A stretch of 23,647 nt of DNA from NCBI GenBank assembly GCA_046726415.1, contig JBKPAK010000149.1, positions 1 through 23,647 of the forward strand, given 5' to 3'. The position numbers and the translations under genes are program-made. The notes below the pieces were generated by a model. The model had not been told where the DNA came from. It saw only the letters and a program-made list of their open reading frames with translations, and did not search any database. Below are positions 1-9,482 of this stretch, piece by piece. The stretch is from Candidatus Methylomirabilota bacterium (lineage in GTDB: Bacteria > Methylomirabilota > Methylomirabilia > Rokubacteriales > CSP1-6). Within the stretch, counting starts at the first letter, position 1. Every line of letters begins with the position of its first letter.

Positions 1-599
1 GCCTTGGCCAGCAACCACCGCCAGTCGTCAGTCGTGTATTTGCTGTGCACCGGGAAGAGGCGGAAGCCGCGCCGCAGGCTCTCCGCCTCTCCCTCGCCCA
101 GAGTTTCTCGGCGCCAGGCCAGATAGGTCTCGAGGGGCTGACGTATCCAGTCGTTCACCAGGAAGATTCCTCCGGAAGCCAGCACGCGCCGAATCTCGGT
201 CAGCACGGGCAGTGGCTCGTCGAGGACGTGCAGCACCGATGACATGCTCACCAGGTGCACGGTGCCCGCGGCGTGAGGCAGAGGGTACGTGGCCAGATCG
301 AGGAGGGCCAGCGTCGGCTTTGCCCCGGTGTACGCGAGCTGCTGGCCATAGGTGATCATCGCCGGGGTCACGTCGTATCCGTACAGGGTGGCCTCCGGAT
401 ACCGTTCCCCGAGATCACGCAGACAGAGACCAGGACCACAGCCAAGATCGATCATCGTCGGGCGCGGTGGGAGAGAAGGCGCCACCTGCGCGGTAAAGAG
501 GCCCCAGTAGGCTTCCGCGAAACGCTCGGGATGGGTGGCGACCATCCGCTGCAGGAGGTCTTCGTCCGATGCGCCACTGAGAGATTGGTGGGTTGGCAT
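1..599 (-). CDS. Class I SAM-dependent methyltransferase (3' end runs off the window)
   Basis: Not in the ORF track; manual translation from the ATG at 599 gives MPTHQSLSGASDEDLLQRMVATHPERFAE...MIDLGCGPG (motif I)...YGYDVTPAM...VLHVLDEP...EIRRVLASGGIFLVNDW. GGAG SD at 607-610; no stop before position 1. Confidence 0.9.
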   Translation of the reverse strand, partial: MPTHQSLSGASDEDLLQRMVATHPERFAEAYWGLFTAQVAPSLPPRPTMIDLGCGPGLCLRDLGERYPEATLYGYDVTPAMITYGQQLAYTGAKPTLALLDLATYPLPHAAGTVHLVSMSSVLHVLDEPLPVLTEIRRVLASGGIFLVNDWIRQPLETYLAWRRETLGEGEAESLRRGFRLFPVHSKYTTDDWRWLLAK

Positions 600-696
600 C
601 CTTTGTCTCCTAAGTACTCACGCGCGCGGGCGTCACTCTCTCGCCGTGCCGGGGCGAATCGCTGAGCACTTCGGCGTCAGGAGAAGGAGACACTCT

Positions 697-1449
697 ATGG
701 ATCTCGAACTCGCCGGCCGCGTCGCGATCGTCACGGGAGGGAGCAGGGGCGTGGGCCGGGCCATCGCCGGGGAATTGGCGCGAGAAGGCGTTGACCTGGC
801 GATCTGTGCCCGAAACCGCCAGTCCTTGGATGAGGCGGCCCAGGCCCTTGCCAAAGAGACGGGCCGCCGCGTGGTCGCGATCGTCGCCGACACCACAAAC
901 GGCGAGTCCGTGACCCGTATGGTGCAAGCCACCCTGGCCGAGCTGGGGCGGATCGACGTCCTGGTGAACAACGCCGCGACGCCGGGCGGCCTCGTGCGCG
1001 GCGCCCTCGCGGAGGCCGACGAGAGCGCCCTGCTCGAGGACATCGACACCAAGGTGGTCGGCTACCTGCGGTGCGCCAAGGCCGTGGTCCCGAACATGCA
1101 GCGCCGCGGCTGGGGGCGGATCATCAACATCGGCGGGCTCTCCGGTCGCCGCTCGGGGAACATCAGCGGCTTGCGCAACGCCGCCATCGTGCATCTGACC
1201 AAGACGCTCGCCGACCAGCTCGGCCCGCACGGCATCACCGTGAACCTGGTCCATCCGGGCGCCACGCGCACGGAGCGCACCGACGAAGAGACCGCACGCC
1301 GAGCGGCTGCCGGCAACGCCATCCGCCGGATCGTCGATGCTGGCGAGATCGGCCAGGTCGTCGCGTTTCTGGCGTCGACCAAAGCCGCATCCATCACCGG
1401 CGTGGCCATCGACGCCAGCGGCGGCTCCATTCCCGTGATGTTTCAGTAG
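697..1449 (+). CDS. Short-chain dehydrogenase/reductase (atypical, BKR-like), 250 aa
   Basis: AGGAGA SD before ATG 697; TGGSRGVG and LVNNAA motifs, GRIINIGG, VNLVHPG; catalytic YxxxK not present. Confidence 0.92.
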   Translation: MDLELAGRVAIVTGGSRGVGRAIAGELAREGVDLAICARNRQSLDEAAQALAKETGRRVVAIVADTTNGESVTRMVQATLAELGRIDVLVNNAATPGGLVRGALAEADESALLEDIDTKVVGYLRCAKAVVPNMQRRGWGRIINIGGLSGRRSGNISGLRNAAIVHLTKTLADQLGPHGITVNLVHPGATRTERTDEETARRAAAGNAIRRIVDAGEIGQVVAFLASTKAASITGVAIDASGGSIPVMFQ

Positions 1450-1467
1450 CGTCGCCGGCAGCCCGTC

Positions 1468-1863
1468 TCAGAGTTTCGCGACACCGGCGCGGGCGCAGTC
1501 TTCGTCTTGCTGGGCAGTCCCGCCGCCCACGCCACACGCCCCCTCCACCACCCCGTTGCGGATGATCGGCATCGCACCCTGGCTGGGGATCATGTGCCCA
1601 CCCTCGGCGGCGGCGATCCCCTGGATGATCGGACTGCCGGCCCGCTCGGCCAGTTCGCCGCTGGGGCGCGCGAAGGCGGCGGAGGCGATCGCTTTGCCTT
1701 GGGACCCGTAGCCACTGGCCCAGATCGCGCCATCCATGCGGTTGAATGCGATCAAGCGCCCGCCGCCATCGCAGACCGCGGCGCTGATCCTGATGTTCAT
1801 CTCCTTGGCCTTGTCCAGCGCTCCTTGCACGATCCGATTGGCTTCGGCGAGAGTCAGAGCCAT
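1468..1863 (-). CDS. GlcG/HbpS-family (heme-binding-like) protein, 131 aa
   Basis: GGAGG SD before ATG 1863; LTLAEANRIV..AVCDGGG..RMDGA..KA..GAMPI..GACGVGGG..QDEDCA pattern typical of GlcG/DUF336. Confidence 0.9.
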   Translation of the reverse strand: MALTLAEANRIVQGALDKAKEMNIRISAAVCDGGGRLIAFNRMDGAIWASGYGSQGKAIASAAFARPSGELAERAGSPIIQGIAAAEGGHMIPSQGAMPIIRNGVVEGACGVGGGTAQQDEDCARAGVAKL

Positions 1864-2025
1864 GCGTGAGCCTCCTGTGCTCGTTAGTGCGTGTGCTTCT
1901 GCTGGGCCCTTGCCCCCTTCACTCGTGGCGCTCCCCGATTCTCCGACACGCTGCTCGGCTCGCGACTGCGCAAGTATAGCGGCTTGAGCCGTGTCCGGAG
2001 GTCCCCCACCCAGGGGTGACACGGC

Positions 2026-2054
2026 TTGACAGTCCTCCGGTCGCTTCGGAGAAT
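2026..2054 (+). promoter_or_regulatory. Putative sigma70 promoter of the first ABC operon
   Basis: TTGACA (2026-2031), 17-bp spacer, GAGAAT (2049-2054), 54 bp upstream of ATG 2109. Confidence 0.6.
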
Positions 2055-2108
2055 GCCCGTGGCCTCGCCGTTCGCCCTGGAACGTTGCTCTGGCAAAGGA
2101 GCCTGCTC

Positions 2109-3749
2109 ATGCGCTCACGCCTCACGCTGACTCTGGCCAGTCTCGCCGTGCTGATCCTGCTGGGCGGCGCGCCGCTCGACGCGCCCGCGCAGGACAAGGA
2201 CACGCTGGTCATCGCCCTCGACACGCTCGGCGCCCAGGTCATGGATCCAATCGCCGACACCCGGGCACCGCACGCGCACTATCACGCGCCGGTCTGGGAT
2301 TCTCTGGTCGGCTTCGACCTCGAGAAAGGCGGGATCGGTCCGGGTGTCGCCGAGCGCTGGGAGCGCTCGGCGGACGGGAAGAGCTGGACCTTCTACCTCC
2401 GCAAGGGGCTGCGCTTCCACAACGGGGACCCCGTCACCGCCCAGGACGTCAAGTTCAGCCTCGAGCGAAAGATGTCCCCCGAGTCGATCGCCTCCGGAGC
2501 CGCCGCCCTCAGGCGCGCCGTCGATCGCATCGAGGTGGTCGACGACCATACCGTCCGCGTCTACACCAAGGGCGTCATCCCTCACTTCGCGGCGAGCCTC
2601 TCCCGGGCCGTCTTCATGGAAGGCACGGTGATGCCCAAGAAATACTTCGAGAAGGTCGGCGAGAAGGGCTTCCGCGAAAAGCCGATCGGCAGCGGTCCCT
2701 GGAAGTTCGTGCGCAGCGTCCCCGGCGATCGGATCGAGTACGAGGCGATCGACTACCCGCACTGGCGCGGCACGCCTCAGTTCAAGCGCCTCGTCCTCCT
2801 GCTCGTTCCCGAGCAGAGCACGCGCCTGGCCATGGTACGGACCGGCGAGGCGTCCATCGCGAGCATCGGTCCCGAGGCGATCAAGGAAGCGCGCGCAGGG
2901 GGCATGAAGATTGTCACCGTCCCCGGCACCATGCAGGCCGTCTACCAGTTCTGGGGCCTCTACAAGCCCGAGGCGAAGAGCTCGCCGCTCAACGACGTCC
3001 GCGTGCGCGAGGCGATGTCGCTGGCCATCGATCGGCAGCAGATCATCGATCACGTCATGGCCAAGCAGGCCCAGTGGCCGATGCCGTTCGCGACGTTCCG
3101 GTACTCGATCGATATGGACATCCCCCGCTGGGATGACTGGTCCAAGACGGCGTTGCGCTACGATCCGGCGCGCGCGAAGAAACTCCTCGCCGAGGCCGGC
3201 CATAGCGGGGGGTTCACACTGACCTTCTGGAACACTGCGCTGCCGGGGACACCGTTCATGATCCAGATCGGCGAGGCCGTCGCCGGTTTCTGGGAGAAGA
3301 TTGGGATCAAAGTGGACATGAAGACCACCGAGTGGGGCGCGTTCGACCCGATGACCCGCGGCGAGCAGAAGGGCCTCGCCGGGACCGCGTCGATGTACCG
3401 GACGGCCGGACGCCCGGAGCCGGCCCCCCGCTACATCGGGGCCTTCACCTCCAAGGGCACCCAGCACCTCTTCGGCGATCCCCAGGACTGCCCCGCCCTG
3501 TGCCAGGAGGGAGACAAGGCCTACGAGGCGGTGGTGGCGGAGAAGGATGACGCGAAGCGCACAGCCGCGACGAATCGGATGATCGACGTGGTGGCCAAGA
3601 GCTGGATCGCCGTGCCGATCATCGAGGGCATGGGCATCTGGGCGGTGAATCCCAAGCGCGTCGGCCAGTTCAAGCCGATCCCGGGGCGGCACGAGTTCGG
3701 CGACGTCTCCGAGCGCATGCCGCGCCCGGAGCAACGCCCCTGGCCATGA
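2109..3749 (+). CDS. ABC transporter substrate-binding protein, family 5 (DppA/OppA-like)
   Basis: AAAGGAG SD; Sec signal (MRSRLTLTLASLAVLILLGG..APAQ); WTFYLRKGLRFHNGDPVTAQDVKFS family-5 signature; PIGSGPW. Confidence 0.95.
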   Translation: MRSRLTLTLASLAVLILLGGAPLDAPAQDKDTLVIALDTLGAQVMDPIADTRAPHAHYHAPVWDSLVGFDLEKGGIGPGVAERWERSADGKSWTFYLRKGLRFHNGDPVTAQDVKFSLERKMSPESIASGAAALRRAVDRIEVVDDHTVRVYTKGVIPHFAASLSRAVFMEGTVMPKKYFEKVGEKGFREKPIGSGPWKFVRSVPGDRIEYEAIDYPHWRGTPQFKRLVLLLVPEQSTRLAMVRTGEASIASIGPEAIKEARAGGMKIVTVPGTMQAVYQFWGLYKPEAKSSPLNDVRVREAMSLAIDRQQIIDHVMAKQAQWPMPFATFRYSIDMDIPRWDDWSKTALRYDPARAKKLLAEAGHSGGFTLTFWNTALPGTPFMIQIGEAVAGFWEKIGIKVDMKTTEWGAFDPMTRGEQKGLAGTASMYRTAGRPEPAPRYIGAFTSKGTQHLFGDPQDCPALCQEGDKAYEAVVAEKDDAKRTAATNRMIDVVAKSWIAVPIIEGMGIWAVNPKRVGQFKPIPGRHEFGDVSERMPRPEQRPWP

Positions 3750-3758
3750 GCGCCTGAC

Positions 3759-4676
3759 GTGCAGCGCTATATCGTGCGGCGGCTGCTTCAGGGGGCGCTG
3801 CTGCTCGTCATTCTCGCGCTCATCGTCTTCGCGCTCGCCCGCGTGACCGGCAACCCGGCCGATCTCCTCCTGCGCGAGGACGCGACGCAGGAGGATCGGG
3901 CGCATCTGCTCAAGGCGCTCGGCCTCGACCGCCCCCTCCACGAACAACTCATCGTCTTCCTCGGCGGGGCTGTGCGCGGGGACCTCGGCCAGTCGATCCG
4001 CTACCGCAAGCCGGCGGTGGACGTCTTCTTCGAGCGGCTGCCCAACACGCTCACCCTCGTGCCGCTCGCCCTGTTTGGCGCGGTCATCATGGCCATCCCC
4101 CTCGGGATGCTCGCCGCCGTCTATCGGGGCACGCTTCTCGACCGCGCGGCCAATGCCGTCGCCGTCCTCGGCGTCGCCACGCCGTCGTTCTGGTTGGGCA
4201 TCGTGCTGATCTACGTCTTCAGCATCCAGCTCGGCTGGCTCCCCTCGGCGAGGATGGGAAGCCCCGCGCACTACGTGCTGCCCGCGATCACGCTCGGCGC
4301 CTTCCTGGTGGCCGGCATGACCCGGCTCGTCCGCTCGAGTGTCCTCGAGGTGCTCGACAGCGAGTTCGTCAAGCTGGCGCGCCTCAAGGGTGTGTCGGAG
4401 CTCACCGTGCTCTGGAAGCACTGCCTGCGCAACGCGCTGATCCCCGTGGTGACTCTGTTCGGGGTCTTCTTCGCGCTGCTCGTGACGGGAGCGATCGTGA
4501 CGGAGACGGTCTTCGCGTGGCCGGGGGTGGGGCGGCTGACCTACGAAGCGGTGATCTTCCGGGACTACCCACTACTCCAAGCCGTCATCCTGCTGAAGGC
4601 GATCATCGTGCTGGGCGTCAACCTGGTGGTGGATATCCTCTACGCCTATCTCGACCCCCGCGTCAGGTACGCGTAG
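3759..4676 (+). CDS. Peptide/nickel ABC transporter permease (DppB/OppB-like)
   Basis: GTG start; YIVRRLL N-terminus, GDLGQS, ARLKGVSE loop, TETVFAWPGVG, DPRVR end. Confidence 0.95.
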   Translation: MQRYIVRRLLQGALLLVILALIVFALARVTGNPADLLLREDATQEDRAHLLKALGLDRPLHEQLIVFLGGAVRGDLGQSIRYRKPAVDVFFERLPNTLTLVPLALFGAVIMAIPLGMLAAVYRGTLLDRAANAVAVLGVATPSFWLGIVLIYVFSIQLGWLPSARMGSPAHYVLPAITLGAFLVAGMTRLVRSSVLEVLDSEFVKLARLKGVSELTVLWKHCLRNALIPVVTLFGVFFALLVTGAIVTETVFAWPGVGRLTYEAVIFRDYPLLQAVILLKAIIVLGVNLVVDILYAYLDPRVRYA

Positions 4677-4683
4677 CGCGCCG

Positions 4684-5601
4684 ATGGCACGCACCGAGGA
4701 CACGCTTCGCATCGCCGTCGCCCCGGACGAGTCGCTCGCCGGGGCCGACGAGGCGCTGGATACCCGGAGCGCGCTCGCGCGCCTGCCGTGGATCCCCGCG
4801 CTGATCATCGCCGCGCTCGTCGTGGTGGCCGTCGGCGCGCCCTTGATCGCTCCCCACTCGCCGAGCGAGCAATCGCTTCCCGACAAGCTGCGGCCGCCCG
4901 TCTGGCAAGATGGCGGGAGCGCCAAGCATCTGCTCGGCACCGACGTGCTCGGCCGCGACGTGCTGAGTCGTCTCCTCTACGGCGCCCGGGTGAGCCTGAC
5001 CGTGGCGGCGGCCGCGCTGCTGGCCGGCGGTGGCGTCGGATTGGCGGTCGGCATCCTGTCGGGGTATGTCGGCGGACGGGTCGACAGCGTTCTCATGCGC
5101 ATCGTCGACGCCACCCTGACTTTTCCCACGATCCTCATCGCGCTCCTGCTCGCGGTGAGCCTGGGCCAGGGCCTGCGCACGATGGTGATCGCCATCACCC
5201 TCATCCTGTGGGCCCGCTTCGCGCGTGTCGTCCGCGGTGAGGTTCTCACCGTCAAGGCGCGGGACTTCGTGGCGCTGGCCCGCGTGCGCGGCTGCTCGCA
5301 CACGCGCATCATGGGCGTGCACATCCTGCCCAACGTCATGAACACCTTCATGGTGCTGCTGAGCCTGCACATCGGCTTCGTCATCCTGGTGGAGGCGTCG
5401 CTTTCCTTCCTCGGCGCGGGCATCCCTCCGCCGACGCCGTCCTGGGGGCAAATGGTGTCCGATGGCCGCAGTCACATCGCCAGCGCGTGGTGGCTCTCGT
5501 TCACGCCAGGCGCGGCGATCCTGCTCGTCGTGCTGGCCTTCAACCTCTTCGGCGATTGGCTTCGAGACTGGCTCGATCCGAGACTGCGCCAGCAAGTGTG
5601 A
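4684..5601 (+). CDS. Peptide/nickel ABC transporter permease (DppC/OppC-like)
   Basis: HLLGTDVLGRDVLSR, HILPNV, EASLSFLGAG, PSWG, GDWLRDWLDPR. Confidence 0.95.
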   Translation: MARTEDTLRIAVAPDESLAGADEALDTRSALARLPWIPALIIAALVVVAVGAPLIAPHSPSEQSLPDKLRPPVWQDGGSAKHLLGTDVLGRDVLSRLLYGARVSLTVAAAALLAGGGVGLAVGILSGYVGGRVDSVLMRIVDATLTFPTILIALLLAVSLGQGLRTMVIAITLILWARFARVVRGEVLTVKARDFVALARVRGCSHTRIMGVHILPNVMNTFMVLLSLHIGFVILVEASLSFLGAGIPPPTPSWGQMVSDGRSHIASAWWLSFTPGAAILLVVLAFNLFGDWLRDWLDPRLRQQV

Positions 5602-6602
5602 CCGGTCCCGGCGCCGCCGGCGACGTCGTCCTCGAGCTGCGGGACCTGCACGCGCACCTGTCGACGCGCTGGGGCGTGGTGCGGGCCGTCGACGGTGTGA
5701 GCCTCACCCTGCGCGAGGGCGAGACCTTGGGCCTCGTGGGCGAGTCGGGCTGCGGCAAGACGATGACCGCGCTCTCCGTCCTGCGTCTGCTGCCTCGGCC
5801 GGCTGGTCGGATCGTCAAGGGCCAGATCCTGCTCGAGGGGGAGGATCTCACCACCAAAAGCGACCGTGAGATGCGCCGGGTGCGCGGGCGGCGAATCGCC
5901 ATGATCCTGCAGGACCCCCAGACCTCATTGAACCCCGTCTTCACCATCGGCAACCAACTCGTCGAGGCCTTTCGCGTCCACCTCGTCGAGGGTGTGCGCG
6001 TGCTGATGCGACGGGCCGAGGAGGCCCTTCGCCAGGTGAGGGTGGCGGCGCCGTCCCAGCGGCTGCGCGACTACCCGCACCAGATGTCGGGCGGGATGAA
6101 GCAGCGCGTGGTGGGCGCCATCGCCACCGCTGGCGCGCCTAGAGTCCTGATCGCCGACGAGCCCACCACGGCGCTCGACGTGACGATCCAGCTCCAGTAC
6201 CTGACCTTACTCAGGGAGATTCAGGCGCGCACGCGGTTGGCCATGCTTTTCATCACCCACGACTTCGGCATCGTCGCCCGCATGTGCGACCGCGTGGCTG
6301 TCATGTACGCCGGGCGGATCGTGGAGAGCGGCCCCATGCGAGAGCTGTTCGCCGCGCCCCGCCATCCCTACACGCAGGCGCTCATGGCGGCGGTGCCGAA
6401 GATGAACGCGCGGCCGGAACGGCTGGTCGCGATCGACGGACAACCGCCGGCGCTGCAGCGCTTGCCGCCCGGGTGCCGCTTCGCCGAGCGATGCCGCTAC
6501 GCCGACGATCGCTGCCGTCGGGAATATCCCCCTGCGTTCACGGTGGGGCCCGCGCACGAAGCCGCGTGCTGGCGGGCCGAGCCAGCAGCGCCGCGCCACT
6601 GA
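5598..6602 (+). CDS. Peptide ABC transporter ATP-binding protein (DppD-like)
   Basis: GTG overlapping the upstream TGA (GTGA coupling); Walker [14 protein letters not shown] signature, IADEPTT Walker B, HPY motif and four C-terminal Cys. Confidence 0.93.
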   Translation: MTGPGAAGDVVLELRDLHAHLSTRWGVVRAVDGVSLTLREGETLGLVGESGCGKTMTALSVLRLLPRPAGRIVKGQILLEGEDLTTKSDREMRRVRGRRIAMILQDPQTSLNPVFTIGNQLVEAFRVHLVEGVRVLMRRAEEALRQVRVAAPSQRLRDYPHQMSGGMKQRVVGAIATAGAPRVLIADEPTTALDVTIQLQYLTLLREIQARTRLAMLFITHDFGIVARMCDRVAVMYAGRIVESGPMRELFAAPRHPYTQALMAAVPKMNARPERLVAIDGQPPALQRLPPGCRFAERCRYADDRCRREYPPAFTVGPAHEAACWRAEPAAPRH

Positions 6603-6615
6603 TCGAGGATGGGCC

Positions 6616-7584
6616 ATTAGCGCCCCACTGATCCGCGTCGAGGAGCTCACGAAGCACTTCCCGGTCACCCGGGGTCTGCTCGTGATGCGCACGACGGGCC
6701 ACGTGAAGGCGGTGGACGGCATCAGCTTCGCCATCGGCCGCGAGGAGACGCTGGGGCTCGTGGGCGAGTCGGGTTGCGGCAAAACGACGACCGCGCGCCT
6801 GCTCCTCCGGCTCGAGCGGCCCACCGGAGGTCGAGTGTTGCTCGACGATCACGACATCGTCACGCTCGATGGGGCAGCGCTGCGCGAGTACCGGACGAAG
6901 GTCCAGGCGGTGTTCCAGGACCCCTGGTCGTCGTTGAATCCGCGCCTCCGCGTCCGGGACACGATCGCCGAAGGACTCGTGGTGAACCGGCGCGTGTCGG
7001 CGGCGGAGCAACGGGACCGCGTCATCGAGGTTCTCCGCCAGGTGGGCCTCCCGCCAGACGCCGCCAACCGCTTTCCCCACGAGTTCAGCGGGGGCCAGCG
7101 GCAGCGGATCGCGCTCGCCGGTGCGCTCGCCTCGTATCCTCAGCTCATCGTTCTCGACGAGCCGGTGTCGGCCCTGGACGTGTCGATCCGGGCGCAGATC
7201 ATGAACTTGCTCAAGGATCTGCAGGCGGAGCAGAAGCTCAGCTACCTGCTCGTTGCCCATAACCTGGCCACCGTGCGGTATATCGCGCACCAGACGGCGG
7301 TGATGTACCTGGGCCGCATCGTGGAGCACGCGGCCACCGAGGCGCTCTACCGGAATCCGCTCCACCCCTACACGAAGGCGCTCTTCGCGGCCGCGCTGCC
7401 CGCCGATCCCGATGCCCCGCGCGAGGAGTTCGTCCTCAGCGGCGAGGTCCCGTCACCGATCGATCCCCCGCCCGGCTGCCACTTTCACCCGCGCTGCCCG
7501 ATGGCGATGCCGGTGTGCTCCCAGGTGGAGCCCCTGCTCAAACCTGTCGCGGCCGGCCATCGCGTTGCCTGTCACCTTTATTGA
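6616..7584 (+). CDS. Peptide ABC transporter ATP-binding protein (DppF-like); start uncertain, probably ATT at 6616
   Basis: [26 protein letters not shown], four C-terminal Cys. The conserved N-terminal strand (SAPLIRVEELTKHF) lies upstream of the first standard start (GTG 6682). Confidence 0.9.
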   Translation: MSAPLIRVEELTKHFPVTRGLLVMRTTGHVKAVDGISFAIGREETLGLVGESGCGKTTTARLLLRLERPTGGRVLLDDHDIVTLDGAALREYRTKVQAVFQDPWSSLNPRLRVRDTIAEGLVVNRRVSAAEQRDRVIEVLRQVGLPPDAANRFPHEFSGGQRQRIALAGALASYPQLIVLDEPVSALDVSIRAQIMNLLKDLQAEQKLSYLLVAHNLATVRYIAHQTAVMYLGRIVEHAATEALYRNPLHPYTKALFAAALPADPDAPREEFVLSGEVPSPIDPPPGCHFHPRCPMAMPVCSQVEPLLKPVAAGHRVACHLY

Positions 7585-7586
7585 AC

Positions 7587-7670
7587 GTCGGGACAGCGGG
7601 CGCGCGCCGCCCGGCACCCCCACCGCCATTGTGGTGACGGCGGGGGAATCGCTCCGCCCCGCCTCGTCAA
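7587..7670. repeat. Solo copy of the GC-rich hairpin (REP-like) repeat, between convergent genes
   Basis: 7617-7646 matches 10580-10609 at 29/30 nt; GCCCCGCCTCGTC is identical at 7656-7668 and 10624-10636. Confidence 0.85.
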
Positions 7671-7724
7671 CGGCGCGGTGAGAGCGGGTTGCTGCGGCTC
7701 GGCTGACCGGAGTGGTTGATGCCC

Positions 7725-8231
7725 TCAGCCCACGGGCTGTTGGGCGCCGCGCGGGGGGCCTTTGGTGTCCTCGAACGATTTGGCGAAGGCCAGCAGCGCA
7801 TCGTCGGGTTGGTCCAGGTCGATGTGCTCGCCGAAGGGCTGACGCACCTGGTAGGGGGTCGTGTAGTACAGCTCGATGCGGTTGTCTTCGGGATCGTAGA
7901 AGTAGACGCTGCAGGCGATGCCATGCGTGATCGTGCGTTCAATCCGCATGCCCGCCTGCTGCAGTCGATGGTAGAACGCGCGCACGTCATCCAAGCTCTT
8001 CACCTTGAACGAGACCTGCTGCACGTTGTGTGTCTTCTGGGCCGGATCTTTGGCCTGGGCAAGGGCCAGCTCGTGGTGCTCCCTCTCCGGAGCCGCGCTC
8101 AGGAAGCAGATACCCCGCTCGAGGTCTTCGTCGCTGATCGTGAGACCCAGGACGTTGGCGTAGAAATCGCGCATCTTTCCCAGGTCATGGCAATACAGCC
8201 CCACGTGGCCGAGCCCGCTGATCTGTGGCAT
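7725..8231 (-). CDS. VOC-family protein (single-domain, extradiol-dioxygenase-like), 168 aa
   Basis: GAGGTG SD; LGHVGL, FYANVLGL, HHELAL, THG, SVYFYDPEDNRIELY. Confidence 0.9.
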   Translation of the reverse strand: MPQISGLGHVGLYCHDLGKMRDFYANVLGLTISDEDLERGICFLSAAPEREHHELALAQAKDPAQKTHNVQQVSFKVKSLDDVRAFYHRLQQAGMRIERTITHGIACSVYFYDPEDNRIELYYTTPYQVRQPFGEHIDLDQPDDALLAFAKSFEDTKGPPRGAQQPVG

Positions 8232-8245
8232 GGGTCACCTCGCTC

Positions 8246-9394
8246 TCAGGTTCGTTTGTAAAATCGGGCGGCGTTGTCCCACATGAGCTTGCGCTTCGTG
8301 TCCGGCTTGAGGCTCGACCAGCCCAGGATGTTGTCCACGGAGTTGGGGAACTGGCACTCCGAGTGCGGGTAGTCGGACGCATACATCAGGACATCGTCGC
8401 CCAGCACGCTCGTGACGTGGTTGAACAGGTCTTCCCCCTCGTGTCGCTCGATGGTGCAGAAGAACCGCCCGCTCGTCAGATACTCGCTCGGAGCGTGCTT
8501 GAGCGGCGCCACCCCTCCTACATACACTGCCTGCTCGTCCATGCGCCTGGCCCAGAAGGGCAGCCAACTGAAGCCGCATTCCAGGATGCCCATGCGCAGG
8601 CGGGGATACCGGTCCATGATCCCGGCGCCGATAAAGGCCGCCATGAAGCGCATGCCGCCCCAGGGGTGGGAGGCGAGACGACCGAGGAAGATGTTGTCCC
8701 ACAGATCCTGGTAGCCCGGGAAGTACGGTGGATTCCACGTGTTGCTGTGATGCACCACGGCCAGATCGTATTCCTGAGCCGCCTTCCAGATGGGTTCGAG
8801 GTCCGGGTGGTCGATGGGCATGTCCTTCCCGAGCACGGGCAGAACCGCGACCGCCCATTGTGAGGTACCCCACCGCTCAATCTCGCGGAGCGCCTCGTCG
8901 ACGGCGCGCGTGGAGACCACGATGGCCGTCTTGAGACGCGTGGGGAACTGCCCGCAGAAATCCGCAGCATGGCGGTGGTAAGCGCGGATCAGTCCCACTT
9001 CGAGCTGGACGTCCGGTTGACCCGTGACGCTGACCCAGAGGGTGGGGACCAGGAAGTGCGCATCGGTCCCCTCATCGTCCATATCCTTGACGCGGTTCTC
9101 GGCCTGATCGTCCTGCACGCCAAGCCTCGGTTGCTTGGTTCCCATCCAGAGCGTCCGTCGACCCGTGAAGGTCTCGTGCGCGCCCGCCTCGCCGAGGACG
9201 CGTCGATAAAATTTCGTGGCCACGCGGTACTGATGCGTGTCGGGAGTGCCTCCGATCATCTGGCCGGTGGGGATTCGGTAGGGCGCCAGATCAGCCAGGC
9301 GCGGCCGGAAGCTGGGGTCGACGTACCGCTCGAGGATTTCGGCGGCAGGGTTGACGTGCGTATCGGCATCGAACGCGCGCATACCGTCTCTCAT
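8246..9394 (-). CDS. Amidohydrolase_2-family metal-dependent enzyme, 382 aa
   Basis: GGAG SD; FDADTH, VVHH, LECGFSWLP, YASDYPH, DNAARFY. Confidence 0.92.
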   Translation of the reverse strand: MRDGMRAFDADTHVNPAAEILERYVDPSFRPRLADLAPYRIPTGQMIGGTPDTHQYRVATKFYRRVLGEAGAHETFTGRRTLWMGTKQPRLGVQDDQAENRVKDMDDEGTDAHFLVPTLWVSVTGQPDVQLEVGLIRAYHRHAADFCGQFPTRLKTAIVVSTRAVDEALREIERWGTSQWAVAVLPVLGKDMPIDHPDLEPIWKAAQEYDLAVVHHSNTWNPPYFPGYQDLWDNIFLGRLASHPWGGMRFMAAFIGAGIMDRYPRLRMGILECGFSWLPFWARRMDEQAVYVGGVAPLKHAPSEYLTSGRFFCTIERHEGEDLFNHVTSVLGDDVLMYASDYPHSECQFPNSVDNILGWSSLKPDTKRKLMWDNAARFYKRT

Positions 9395-9482
9395 GGGCGT
9401 CTCCTGTCCCGACTTGGGACCCAGAGGATCGACGACAGCTGGTCGCTACCAAGGGACCCCCGCCATCGATACACCTCGGTCG

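Noticed and set aside
2115..4421. Long antisense ORFs (768 aa here; also 4663-5595, 20168-21700, 21766-22698)
   Set aside because: Shadow frames of high-GC3 genes on the opposite strand, with no recognisable motifs.
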